Shown: piece by piece, positions 47,764 through 58,686 of the stretch
Layout: the number at the start of each line of letters is the position of its first letter
Position numbering within the stretch: position 1 is the stretch's first letter
NCBI GenBank assembly: GCA_907165135.1
Contig: OU015567.1
Location: 5,084,001-5,148,000 of the forward strand
DNA from: Oikopleura dioica
Lineage: Eukaryota > Animalia > Chordata
Length of the DNA stretch: 64,000 nt
Reading direction: 5' to 3'
Translations under genes and position numbers: made by a program
Notes under the pieces: generated by a model
What the model was told of the DNA's origin: nothing
What the model saw: only the letters and a program-made list of their open reading frames with translations
The model's database searches: none

Positions 47764-50243
47764 TTACAGTAAGCTTCCAAGATTGTCTAAAGAGGTCTTT
47801 TTCTGTGGTTGTTGGTTTTGTTGCTGATTCTGCAAGCCCATGCCGGCGAACTGGTTCTGCATTTGGCCCATCATTGGATTTTGCATTTGGTTCGAGTTCA
47901 TGTTCATGTTTGGATTCGGCTGCTGTTGAAATTGGGCAAAATTGGGCGCACCACCCATTTGGCCCATTTGTTGCTGTTGGGTAATCTGCTGGTTCGCCAT
48001 TCCGCCAAACTGTGCTTGGCCCATCATACCATTTGGCTGCCCCATCATTGGATTCATGCCACCCATTGGGGACATTGTTGGGAAACCTCCCATGCTCATG
48101 TTATTCATTGGAGATGCCATGTTCATGGAGTTGGTGGAGCTTGAAGTCGACATTTGATTCATGGAGATTTTTTGCTTTTGTTGAGCGGGTTTCCCAAGCG
48201 AACTTAACAAACAAGAAATTAAAGGCTTACACATACAATCAGACTTACGTTAGATCGATGTTGACTCCAGAAGATTTCCACGTAGACCCTACTTCTTTCG
48301 GCTGCGCTGGGACTTTTGGCTGTGCCACTGGAGCAGCTGTAGCTGGATTCGGGGTTGGATTCAAGCCGCCAAGAAGATCAAAGCCTGAAGTTCAAGTAAA
48401 TTCTGAGTAAAGTTGAGTTGATCAACCTGCACCGGGAGGAGGCTGTGAAGAATTATTTGATGCTGGAGTTTGGACTGGATTTGACCCGCTCAAAGAGGCA
48501 AAAAGGTCAACTTGGGGCGCCTGGGCCTGAGCTGGAGCAGCACTGACAGGGGCAGAAGCGAATAAATCGGGTTGTTGAGGAGTTGGCTGCGCAGGAGAGG
48601 GAGTAGCTTCGCCCCAGAAAGAACCACCATCATTTTGAGGAGGAACTGCTGCTGCGACCGGTTGAGCTGCTGGTTGAGATGCGAATGCGTTTCCAAAAAG
48701 ATCCACGGAGCGATTCTCGGAAATCGGCGCAGAATCAGAGACGGAGAAGAGGTCGTTACTTGAGGAAAGTGGCTGGGAGCTAGGAGCAGCAGAAGCCGTG
48801 TAATTCAACGCAGCTCCAAGATCAACCATTTTTCGTGGCTGTGAGGACTTCTTTTGTGATGTTACTCGCGGAGTGGTCGGGGCAGCGGCGGGTTGGGCGC
48901 TTGTTGAAGATGGCGTATTGGAAATGGGACGGCTGTTTCGCATACTGTCAAAGTCAGCCCAGCCGGATTCGTCGCCACTGACCTGAGTTGGGGCGCCGCC
49001 TCGGCCAGAAGGATCGTCATTGTCTGAATGACACTCGCGGACGCCTTCGTCCCAATCCCAAGTGTTGCCTTGACCCTTAGTGAAAAATGAGACTCATAAT
49101 TTGGGGAATGTTTGGAGAATCTAGATCGAATCAACCGGGTGCTTACCTTGTAATCGTCCTTATCATCCGCTACATCTTTGTAGCCCGACCCTCCTCTATC
49201 ATCGTCCCATCCTCCGCTAGAACTTCCTCCCCAGCCGCCAGAAGCGCTCGATCGTCCGCCCCATCCGCCTCCTAAAAAAACGTCAGTTCTATGCTCTGGT
49301 TAAGAGTTGGTTTCTTACCATCAGACCCGACGCCAACATATTTGTCTCTATTTTTCTTCGCCTTTTTGCGCTCTTCTCTCAACGCTTCATCGTCATTGAT
49401 CAGGGCGAGTAGATCTTTGGCTCGATTTCTCACGTTTATTCCTAAACAAAAATGTTTTCGCCGAGTTTTTTTATTCTTACCTTGATCCTTTCCCTTCTCA
49501 TCCGTGTGAGTGTAGTGCTCCAACGCTCGCATGTCATAGAGGTGATCCCTCGCAACGCCGACGACTCGTTCCGATCCATTTTTCAAAAGATAGTCCAACA
49601 GCAACAGGGACTTGTACGCTCTTCGCCAGTTTTTCTTCCCCTCTGAAATTTATCACTCTCAACACGGAAGGGGGCTTAACTAACCTTGAAACATGCGTTT
49701 CCAAAGCATTCCAGTGCCGCTGCCGCAGATTTCTGTGAAATATTCGTATTGAAATGTCATTTTCGCTAGATCCGCCATTTGTGTTCCTAAAACAGCGCCA
49801 TAAAACCGGTTTTTAGAACTCAAGTAGGAGATATTTTTTAGATGAAGAAGTTAGTAATTTATTTTAACGGTTTATAACCAATTCTATCATAGAACTTTTG
49901 AGTCTCCCATTGAGAGCGGAGCGATAAATTGAAACATTATGAAATGTGAGCCACAGCTTTTACCTGATGGTCCCCAAGGATCGTCATTTGTTGCTTCTCG
50001 GACTTGAGCCTCAGTTTCTGTGTAGTTCATGACCACATTTGTCGCCTAAAATTCATTAAAAATCATTTTTATTGCTGTAATATAGGAGCCGCTTGCGGCT
50101 TGAATATTCTTTGACGCGAAGAAGCGAGCATTGTCTCGATTATCAGCAAATATTCTAGAGAAAATGAAGGACAAGAATACCTTGTCGATGAGTCCACGGA
50201 CTTTCCACATCGAGGTCGGCAAATTATCCTTTATCAAATCCAT
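47764..50243 (-). CDS. CLINT1: clathrin interactor 1 / epsinR (ENTH domain, Met-rich C-terminus)
   Basis: MWKVRGLIDK|..VVMNYTETEAQVREATNDDPWGPS; KNWRRAYKSLLLLDYLLKNGSERVV...DQGINVRNRAK...LREERKKAKKNRDKYVGV; DLF motifs and M/Q/G-rich tail as in vertebrate CLINT1. Confidence 0.93.
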
Positions 50244-50474
50244 TCTAAACAAAATCAATCAGAGCTCCTTTTCATTCAGCTCTAGAAAATATCCAAAACA
50301 ACGAAAAAGTCAACGCAGCAAACAAAAATATCAATTAAAGACTGACTAAGTCACTCGAAATAAAAAAAAAATTGCTTCGTCATTGTCCAACCGGCGAAAC
50401 TGACTGTAAATATCATCGAAACCGACCGTTACTCAAAACAACTCAAAACTCTCGAAAAATCTCAAAGTGAAAAA

Positions 50475-51321
50475 ATGTTTTCGAAAGACGAAAAGAAACT
50501 TTTAGGCGGCCTTACTTTTGGGTACTTTCTACTCTTTCAGATCGCTCTCAGAACAGGAGACATACAGTCAGAGCTAGAAGAAGTCACGAAGGATGGGAAA
50601 ATGAAAGAGCTTCACAGCGGACTGATGGATTTTCACAAGATGTTTATGAAGAAAAAGGCGCAAGTTCAGCAATTACAAAGTGTCCTGAAAAAGGAGGTGA
50701 AAGAACAAGAGTTTTTCGAGGATCAGATTCAGGCGGGAAGAGATCAGCTCAAGACATACAGTGAGTTATGCGAGGGACGGGTTTGTTTTATGACAAAATG
50801 AGAATATCGACTACTATACCCTTAAAATTTTAAAAATTAGAAAATAATTGAACCCTTTGAAAAGAATTTGGAAAAAGAATTTGTTGCTGGCGATAAGCAC
50901 ACTTACGATTATCTTAATGGAAACTTGACCATACACCTTGAGAATCTGGCTGTTCAGGAAGAATATGTTGAAAGACATGAAAAAGCGTAAGTTATGATAG
51001 GAGTAGATCACTATTTGTTAACTCAGGTTAGGCTCTCGTCCTTTTTCATTTGTTTTCCCCTTGGAAACAGATTTTTCTAGCGTCCAAACGATCAAAAACG
51101 TGGGAATCGCAAAAATGAATGCGAAAAACTCCGTCTTTACAAGCAAATCAGCCATGCTGATAAAAGAAGTCAGCGAGTTTCTTGAACCAGCGAAGCTGAC
51201 TATGATCAAAAGCGACATTCTCGCAAATGCGAATTTCCTCAACGATTTGGAGGAGAAAATTGAGTTGGTTGAAGACAAGTTCAATGGAATAGATTCTGCT
51301 GATTTTGATGAAACTGTTTGA
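50475..51321 (+). CDS. uncharacterised coiled-coil protein
   Basis: Heptad-rich exons (ELEEVTKDGKMKELHSGLMDFHK...; NDLEEKIELVEDKFNGIDSADFDETV*). Start uncertain. Confidence 0.5.
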
Positions 51322-51566
51322 AACTTTGAAAAATAAAATTGAAAAATATTTCTAATTCAAAATTCGAAAAAAAGAGTGACGCTTTGTATATCAACAAAAA
51401 TCATCGCTTGTTATGGCCATATTCATAACAGTCAGCGTTTTTGTTAATTATGACCAGGGATTAAAAAAATCTCAGTCAAACAAAAAATGAGAAAGTTTGG
51501 CAGTTTGAGCTCGGTTCCTTTTGAACAAAAGCAAATTGGATACGCGAGGTTTAAAAAATCAGAGAA

Positions 51567-52165
51567 ATGAAGGTTTTGGGACTCTTTTTCGGAGGTAAGT
51601 AAAGAAAGTATGCGGCTTTGAATCTCTTCTCGGCTCAATTTTTCTCTGTCTCGAAGCCGCACGCGGCTACTCGATATCCTATCATAATAATCCTCATTTC
51701 AAGGCCTTGGAGTAATGGCGAGAATAAACGACCGCGCCGGATTTATCGAAGAATACGACGATCAAGACGAAGACACTAGAAATGAAGGATTCGAAGCCTT
51801 CGCCATTGAAAATCTCGATGGAGCAGGGCGAAATGGCAAACCGAAATGGCGAAAAGTTCAAAACTCAAAATGCGGTGGAATTGCTGCGCCGAACGAAAAT
51901 GGCGTTTTTTGGCGCTGCTCGGTGCTAGAATTGGCAAAACGGACGAAAAAACGATGCAGAGGTAAAAATGAAAAAATAAGGGGGAGAGTGGGAATAATTC
52001 AAAATTGTAGCATTTTGCATGAACCGACGAAAAACATCATTCAACGAAGACGCGATAAGAAAAGTGATTTGCGATAAGGAACTCGGCTGGAGACCTGGTG
52101 GAGCTGGTCGATTCATCGCTGGGCCGTTCAATTTCGACTCTATTTCTTGTTCATGAGCTAATTTT
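51567..52165 (+). CDS. small secreted protein with acidic pro-region and Cys/dibasic C-terminal part
   Basis: MKVLGLFFG|gtaagt(51595)...ttcaag|GLGVMARINDRAGFIEEYDDQDED...KCGGIAAPNENGVFWRCSVLELAKRTKKRCR|gtaaaa. Last exon frame uncertain. Confidence 0.6.
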
Positions 52166-52206
52166 TCTAATAAAAGAAGCGATTTTTAGTCCGAAATTGA
52201 AAGTAT

Positions 52207-52750
52207 TTATACAGGGGCAGGAGTGGATAGCTTGGAGTCGATGATTCGCACATTCGACGTCTTGCGCCACGTTCTTTGAGCAGTTACCCACGGCATTCTG
52301 AATAAATTTATTGAAGCAAATCTTGTTCGCTCAATCCTTGGCGCTGGAATGCGAGTTTCAATTATTCAGTCGCCGAAAATCCAACAAAAATACTAATTAA
52401 TTCTTGGGAAAAAGCCAAAAATTAAGTACAGTTACAGTTAGATAATTGGCTCGGTAGCCTGTCAAGAAAACCTGAGTCAGTTTGTCTACACAGGTTGCCG
52501 AGCACAGGTTGGATACGTACTCATAATTGAGCTCCTCATCCTCAAAATCGTCATATCCGCAAATTGCCCTCAAGAGCCGCATCAACAGCCAGCCGGAAAC
52601 AACCATAAGCAAACAGAAACACAAGTAAAAAAGCTGCCACAAGCCAATATTTTCTTTGAAAGCACCGGAAGGAGCTTCTTTGCATTTGAACTTTTTTTGG
52701 CTTTCTAGTAATTCCGAAAAATGAAAAGAAAATTTGAAGTTCTTCAACCT
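52207..52750 (-). CDS. small single-pass membrane protein (5' end uncertain)
   Basis: WQLFYLCFCLLMVVSGWLLMRLL TM segment, then DDFEDEELNYE | MPWVTAQRTW...TPAPV*. Confidence 0.45.
52445..52507. mobile_element. minimal 63-bp family B hAT MITE with 8-bp TSD
   Basis: GTTAGATA (52437-52444) | ATTGGCTCGGTAGCCTG ... CAGGTTGCCGAGCACAG | GTTGGATA (52508-52515), 7/8 match. Confidence 0.8.
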
Positions 52751-52776
52751 TTCTTCATATTGAATTTAGGATGACC

Positions 52777-52953
52777 CTGGGCTCGGAAACCTGTGTAGAA
52801 ATCCTGAGTCAGGATTTGAAAGATATCTGATGGAAAGAATGATAACTTCGCGGAGCCGCACCGCGGCTTATTTATTAAAAACCCGCTACGCGGCTTTTCA
52901 TGAATATTTTTCAGACCCTGACTCAGGTTTTCAACACAGGTTGCCCCGCTCTA
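52777..52953. mobile_element. family B hAT MITE
   Basis: CTGGGCTCGGAAACCTGTGTAG ... two hairpins ... ACACAGGTTGCCCCGCTCTA. Confidence 0.8.
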
Positions 52954-53436
52954 AATCTGTTCGTTTTCCTTCTCTCTTTCGTTCTTTTTAAAGCCATGTT
53001 TCTTATACGCCTGAGGGACGTTAAAGCTCATTTCGGCAATAAAAAAGTGAATAAATTTTAGTTTTAAGCTCCTTGGAGAAGCGCGAAAAAAGAATAGAGT
53101 AAATTTTAAATAAGGTTGATTTTGCTTATTCCAGCTCAATATTTGATCAGCGATTCAATAGGCCGAAGATGGCGATCTCCACCTCTCTTTCTCGCCCGAG
53201 GCAATTTCAATTGTTGCTCCAGGCAGCCCAAAATTCATCAAAAGTTAATAGGCAAGAAGTAGAATTTGCCAAGTTGCCACTTTTTCGGTAGATTTTTTTT
53301 TATTGAAGGAGTCGAGTCTTTTTGGATCAGGAGAAAAATGGGTTGGAAGAATCATTAAATAGAAGTGATTGATTACAGTAGTGCAGACTCATTCATTCAG
53401 TCTGCCAGACTGGTTACAGAAGCAAAAAAGGCTGTT

Positions 53437-53564
53437 CTGGGTCCTGCAACCAGAGTAGAAGACCTGACTCAGGGTCTGAAGGAGCTTTATTGAGAAGCCG
53501 CGTAGCGGCTTATTTAAAAACGAAGCCGCTTTTCATCCTTCAGAACTCTGGTTGTAGATCCAAG
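53437..53564. mobile_element. family B hAT MITE, decayed
   Basis: CTGGGTCCTGCAACCAGAGTAGAAGACCTGACTCAGGGTCTG plus hairpin GAAGCCGCGTAGCGGCTT. Confidence 0.65.
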
Positions 53565-53647
53565 TACCTGGTGCAAAATCAACTTTTTGAAAATCAAATG
53601 GAAGGAAACTGGTGTTTTTGAATAAGACAAATATTGAATTCTTGAAG

Positions 53648-54354
53648 TTAGAGAGAAGAATAACCACCTTCCCAGTTGGAGACGGATTTGTAGCCAAGTT
53701 CGATCAATGCATTCTTTTCTTTGGTTAATTTTTGAGGGATCATTAATTGTAAGATGGTCGGCGAGACTTGGAAGCGCGACCAGAAATCTCTAGATGATAT
53801 TTTTCAAGGAGCGCGCCGGCCGGCATTTTCTCATTCTACGGATTTGTCGGGTCCGAGCCAGAGAATTTAACAAGTAAGGAAGAGAGATCAACGATCTTGA
53901 TTTTAATTCATTTTCTAGCGAAAAGGGACACCATATCAGAAGTACCCACCACAGCGAGCTCTCATCCACCATTCGGATACCAAGAAAATGGGGCAAGGTG
54001 GAAGCCATCGACGGATAATTCTCGCTATCTCTCTTACTGAAAATACAGTCGCAACTTTCCTCAATAAAAAAATTTCCCAAAATTTAACCGTTCCTGTGCC
54101 ATTTGTCCTCTTTTCCCTTTTTGGCAGTAGACGATAATTTCCTGCTCCAATTTCGGCTTTTCGATTCCATGAGCGCTCTTGAAATCGCCCGCTTCTTTCG
54201 CGAATTCGGAAGGAACGTTGGTGTGGGTGATGTTCAAAAAGTTCTTGGCGCCGAGTTTCCCGGCTTCGAGCTCGTCTGGTCGGCGGACATCGATGAAGAG
54301 AACGGAGTCGTTTGAGAGATGGGCTTGAACTTGAGCGGTAGAAAGTTGCGCCAT
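53648..54354 (-). CDS. single-domain rhodanese / thiosulfate sulfurtransferase-like protein (2 exons)
   Basis: MAQLSTAQVQAHL...LFIDVRRPDELEAG...IIVYCQKGKRGQMAQ | NALIELGYKSVSNWEGGYSSL*; active-site loop CxxGxR present. Confidence 0.9.
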
Positions 54355-54719
54355 TTTTTCTGAATAAAAAGACATTTTAAAAATTATACAAGATTTTGAA
54401 GTTATATCTCACTTATTTACTTAAGAAATAATCAGTAATAATGATTCATTTTATTTTCATTTGTATTTTAAAGAACCATGGATAATAATTTGTATTTCAT
54501 AAACAGGACGGAGAGAATCGTTTGCTAAGTACAGCGAAGTGCGATGGGTTGATATTGCTTCATTTAATCTTCTTTTTTTCTCTTTGCGAGCGGAAACCAT
54601 TTTTTTTATTTTTTCATTTTTTGAGAAATGAGTCAGCGGCGCTGCGCCAATCTCCCGCGCGTCCAGAAATTCCTCCTTTCAAAAATGAGAAAATCCGAAG
54701 AAAGCTGGAAAAATAAACA

Positions 54720-57700
54720 ATGAGAATTCAAAGCCTAAGAAAAGTCTGTCAAGTCTCCCGATTGAACATTCCTCTTGTCAATGAGAAAATAAGCGATCAT
54801 GTTTTTGGAGAAAAGGCGAAAAAAGTGGGAAAATGCGAAAATTTGGAAGAAATTGAATGGTCGTTGAGAAATATGAAGATTTTTAATGAAGAATGCTCAG
54901 ATTTCGATTCAGGAATGGGTTCCGCTTATATTTGCGCCAAATTTCTTACAGTAACATTCTGTTACTAGCAATTTCAAACCCAGAAAAAGCCGAAAATCTC
55001 TCCCTTCCAACTTTACTCTCTCCAAATCTCGTCGAGCACACCGAAAAAGCCGCCCTCGATGGAATCGGAGACTCTTTTTTCAAAAATATTTCTGGCGTCT
55101 TGGACGTTAAAAATCTCCCGTCTGCTCCGACTTCTTTTGTTTTGAATGAATCTGGGTGGATCAAGTACAAAAGTGGCAAAAAGCCGAAGAAAATTGACTA
55201 TCCTGATGAAAAATGCCTCGTTTTCGATACTGAAAATATTGTCCGAATTGGCAGCTGCCCAGGTACAGTCTGGTTTCAGTAACCTGTGCACAAAACCTGA
55301 GTCAGGGTCCTGAAACGCCGCTATCAAAGGTCGTCGAAAACCCTGACTCAGGTTTTCTACACTGGTTGCTGGGCCCTTTCTCTCCTTTTCTTTGTTAACC
55401 GCATGGGACAGAAGGTGTATTCCACTGCACTTAAGGACTTTTCAGCTAAATAACTTCCGAACGAATAGTCCAAATTAGATAAAAATTAAAATGGTTGTTC
55501 CTTCACTTTATTGAAGCATGTCTGCCAAGTTTCAAGGAATTATCGGTTACCGACCGCCCTCTGCACCGGATTATATGCGGCCTAATTGCCCTCCCGCTGA
55601 GTGTTTGCACATTGAAACCGAACCAATATCAAGAATTTTGTCTACTAAAAGGGGTTTTATATGTTTTCGATGCTGCTGATTTCAAATATTGAATTTACTT
55701 TTTCGAGAAATCTAAATAAGAGATAATTTTTGAAACCCTCCATAGAAAAATGGCATTTTTTCTGCAATAAGAAAAAGCGCTATGCAAATTTTGATAGCGG
55801 ATTTGAAATCTACACCCCAAAATTAGTATTGGGTATAATTTTCAAGTTTATCCGACCAGTAGTTTTCTTAAGTGCAGTGGAATACACCTTCTGTCCGAGC
55901 GCCTCTATCCACCGATCTGTCCCATGCGGTTAATCTAACTTCTAGTTTCTTAAAGTCATGACTGCTGCCGTCTCCGACTCCGCTTGGTACACCTGGATCA
56001 GCCCTAAATTCTTCTCCAACTCTCTTCCAACCGACGATCATCTCCAAAAATCCGACCTAATCGACTTTGGTCCTGAAGAACAAATTCTCATCGGACACAA
56101 TGTCGCTTTCGACAGAACACGAGTTCAACAAGAATATGAATTCAAGAGCAACAAGACCTTTATCGATACAATGTCGCTTCATAACTCGCTTCATGGGGTT
56201 AGTTCCAAGCAATATGCGCTGAAGAAGAAGTCGGAATCAACCAAGCTCAAATTCAGGTAGACAAGAGGCGTTACTTGAAGAAAACCGGCTTCTGCAACCG
56301 GCTTCTGCAAAACTTTCCATAACCTTTCATTCAGTGACCGATATCTGTACGGTCCCGACTTCAGATGGCTGCACTACTGTTCTCTTTCCAACTTGGCCGA
56401 TGTCCACCATTTCTACCACAAAAACGCCCCGCCAATGGACAAACAAATCCGCAACATTTTCGTCGACGGAACAATCGACGACATCCGCAAAAATCTTCAC
56501 GATCTCATGGCCTACAACATCCTCGACGTCAAAGCAACAGCTGAAGTCTTCGCCGCGACTTTTCCTCTCTATTTGTCGAGGTATCCAAATCCTGTGAATT
56601 TGTTTGGAATGCTGAAGATGGGATCGCCGAAGTTAAAGATTACCGCTCCAGCTTGGAACGAATACGTCGAAAAGTCGAATGAGGAATTCGAAGGTATGAA
56701 GAACACGCTTGAATGCGATGTTCTACCTGATCTGGCAAGAGCTGTGTTTGAAAAATACAAGTCTTCTTGGCTCGAATCTGCCGGGAAGGAGAATTTCGAT
56801 GCGCTTGAAAAGCGACATCTTTGGAACTCCGACCCTTTTCTTGCCTCACTTGACTGGTCACCAGCGACGAAGAAGAGCCCCCTGCCAAAGTGGATCAAGC
56901 CTATTTTGAAGGAAAAGCGACTATCGATGAATAACAGATCAGTTCCTTACCTTCTTCGCCTCGAGTGGGAAGGAAAACGGGTTCTTCATTCGAAAAAAAC
57001 TGGTTGGGCGCATGTGAATCAGAATTCGGAAGAATTGACGCCTTTGCCGCATGATAAAGCGGGTCAGAAAGTCGGAATGCTCATGACGAGTAATTACTCG
57101 AAGCACATTCTCAGCGGGAAATTGACAACTCGCTGCGAATTCGGGAAAGAAATCATCAAGAAGATCATGGAAGTAAATACCCGCGGTTCCTACTGGCGCG
57201 CCTACCGCGAGCGCTTCAAAAAGATCTTGTTCCTAAATGATAAAGAGGATAGATACAGCTGGCATTTGCCGATGCAAGTTCCTCATGGAACTGTGACTCG
57301 AAGGGCGAAGGATTCTTTTTGGATGGTCGCCCAGGGAAATGACTCGAACGATGAGAAGCTTGGAATGGGGGCGTTTTCGCTGGCACAGATGGATGAGGAT
57401 TGGGTGTATGTAAGCGCGGATGTTGACAGTCAGGAAATTTGGATTGCGTCGCTCTTTGCTGATATGTACAAAGATCTTGGAGAAGTTGGAGTTACCGGTG
57501 AGTTATTTGCTAAATTGGTAGATATTCTTAGATCGACTAGATATTCAAAGTTTGAGGATTGAAGAATTTTTGATTTATTCAATTTTTAGGCCTCTCGTAC
57601 ATGACTTTGAACGGATCAAAAGCAGCTGGGACGGATATTCATACCATCACCGCGAATCAAGTTGGAATGGATCGAAACTCAGCGAAGATACTCAACTATG

Positions 57701-58590
57701 CCAGGCTTTACTTATGCGGCAAGCAGAATGCCTTGGACCTACTCGGGCCGAAAGACGGAGCTGGAAAGATTGTGGATGAGCTGTGGCGATTTACGAAAGG
57801 AAAGTCAGTACTGATAAGAAATCCAGTCAGCCAGGAGGGGAACAAAATTTTGTCAGATGGGATCAACCAGTTGGAATTTTTGACGGAAAATGAGGCGAAA
57901 CGATTCAAATTTCTTGTTCAAAAGCTGCAGTCGGATACGATGCTCCGCGACAGTGAAAAGGACGAGCTTTTACAGTCAATTTACAAGCTCGTTCCAGCTG
58001 CGAAAAAGACCATTGACGAAATCGAAGATCTCTTTGACGAGCCCAGGCGAGTCTTTGCCAACGGGATCGAATCAGAACTCTTCAATTATCTCCAACTTAC
58101 TGCCATTGAGGACCAGCCTGTGACTCCCGTTCTAGGCGGGAATCTGCCAATGCCGCTTTTGAACCGATACGCGCCAATGCACCAGACGACGCGATGCAAC
58201 TGGCTGATTCAGTCTTCTGCTGTTGATTTTCTTCATTTGTTCTTGGCGAATATGGACTACTTGATCAAGGAATACCGGATCAACGCGTTCTACAGCCTGT
58301 CCATCCACGATATGATCCAGTTTATTTCGTCCAAAGAAGATCGCTATCGAACGGCACTTGCCTTCCAGCTGGCTCATTTGTACACTCGCGCATATTTTTC
58401 CCTGAAATGCGGGCTCCCTCAGCTGCCGCAGAATGTCGCCTTCTTTTCTTCAGTGGAAATCGACCGGTCAATGAGAAAAGACAAGGGACTGCCGTGGAAC
58501 AGCGAACTGTATGGGGATGATCCAGGAAGAGCAGAAACGCTCGATATTTCTAGAATAATTGAACTGACAAATGGAACACTCTCTAAATAA
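54720..58590 (+). CDS. POLG: mitochondrial DNA polymerase gamma, catalytic subunit (5 exons)
   Basis: N-terminal SRLNIPLVNEKISDHVFG; ExoI VFDTE; ExoII IGHNVAFDR; ExoIII YNILDV; GTVTRRA; motif A SADVDSQEIWIA; motif B RNSAKILNYARLY; CNWLIQSSAVDFLH; motif C SIHD; FFSSVEIDRSMRK. Confidence 0.96.
55270..55378. mobile_element. family B hAT MITE in a POLG intron
   Basis: AACCTGTGCACAAAACCTGAGTCAGGG ... CCCTGACTCAGGTTTTCTACACTGGTTGCTGGGCCC. Confidence 0.78.
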
Positions 58591-58684
58591 CTGCCATTTC
58601 TCTTCACTTTTAATTTTGACGCCAACTTTTGCGACCTCGAAAATCCTCACAATCTTCAACTCGAACCAACCCCCTTCTTTTTAG

Positions 58685-58686
58685 AT
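58685..58686 (+). promoter_or_regulatory. probable trans-splice acceptor / intercistronic site before CEP295
   Basis: ccccttctttttag|atATG, 96 bp after the POLG stop, with no room for an upstream exon. Confidence 0.5.
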
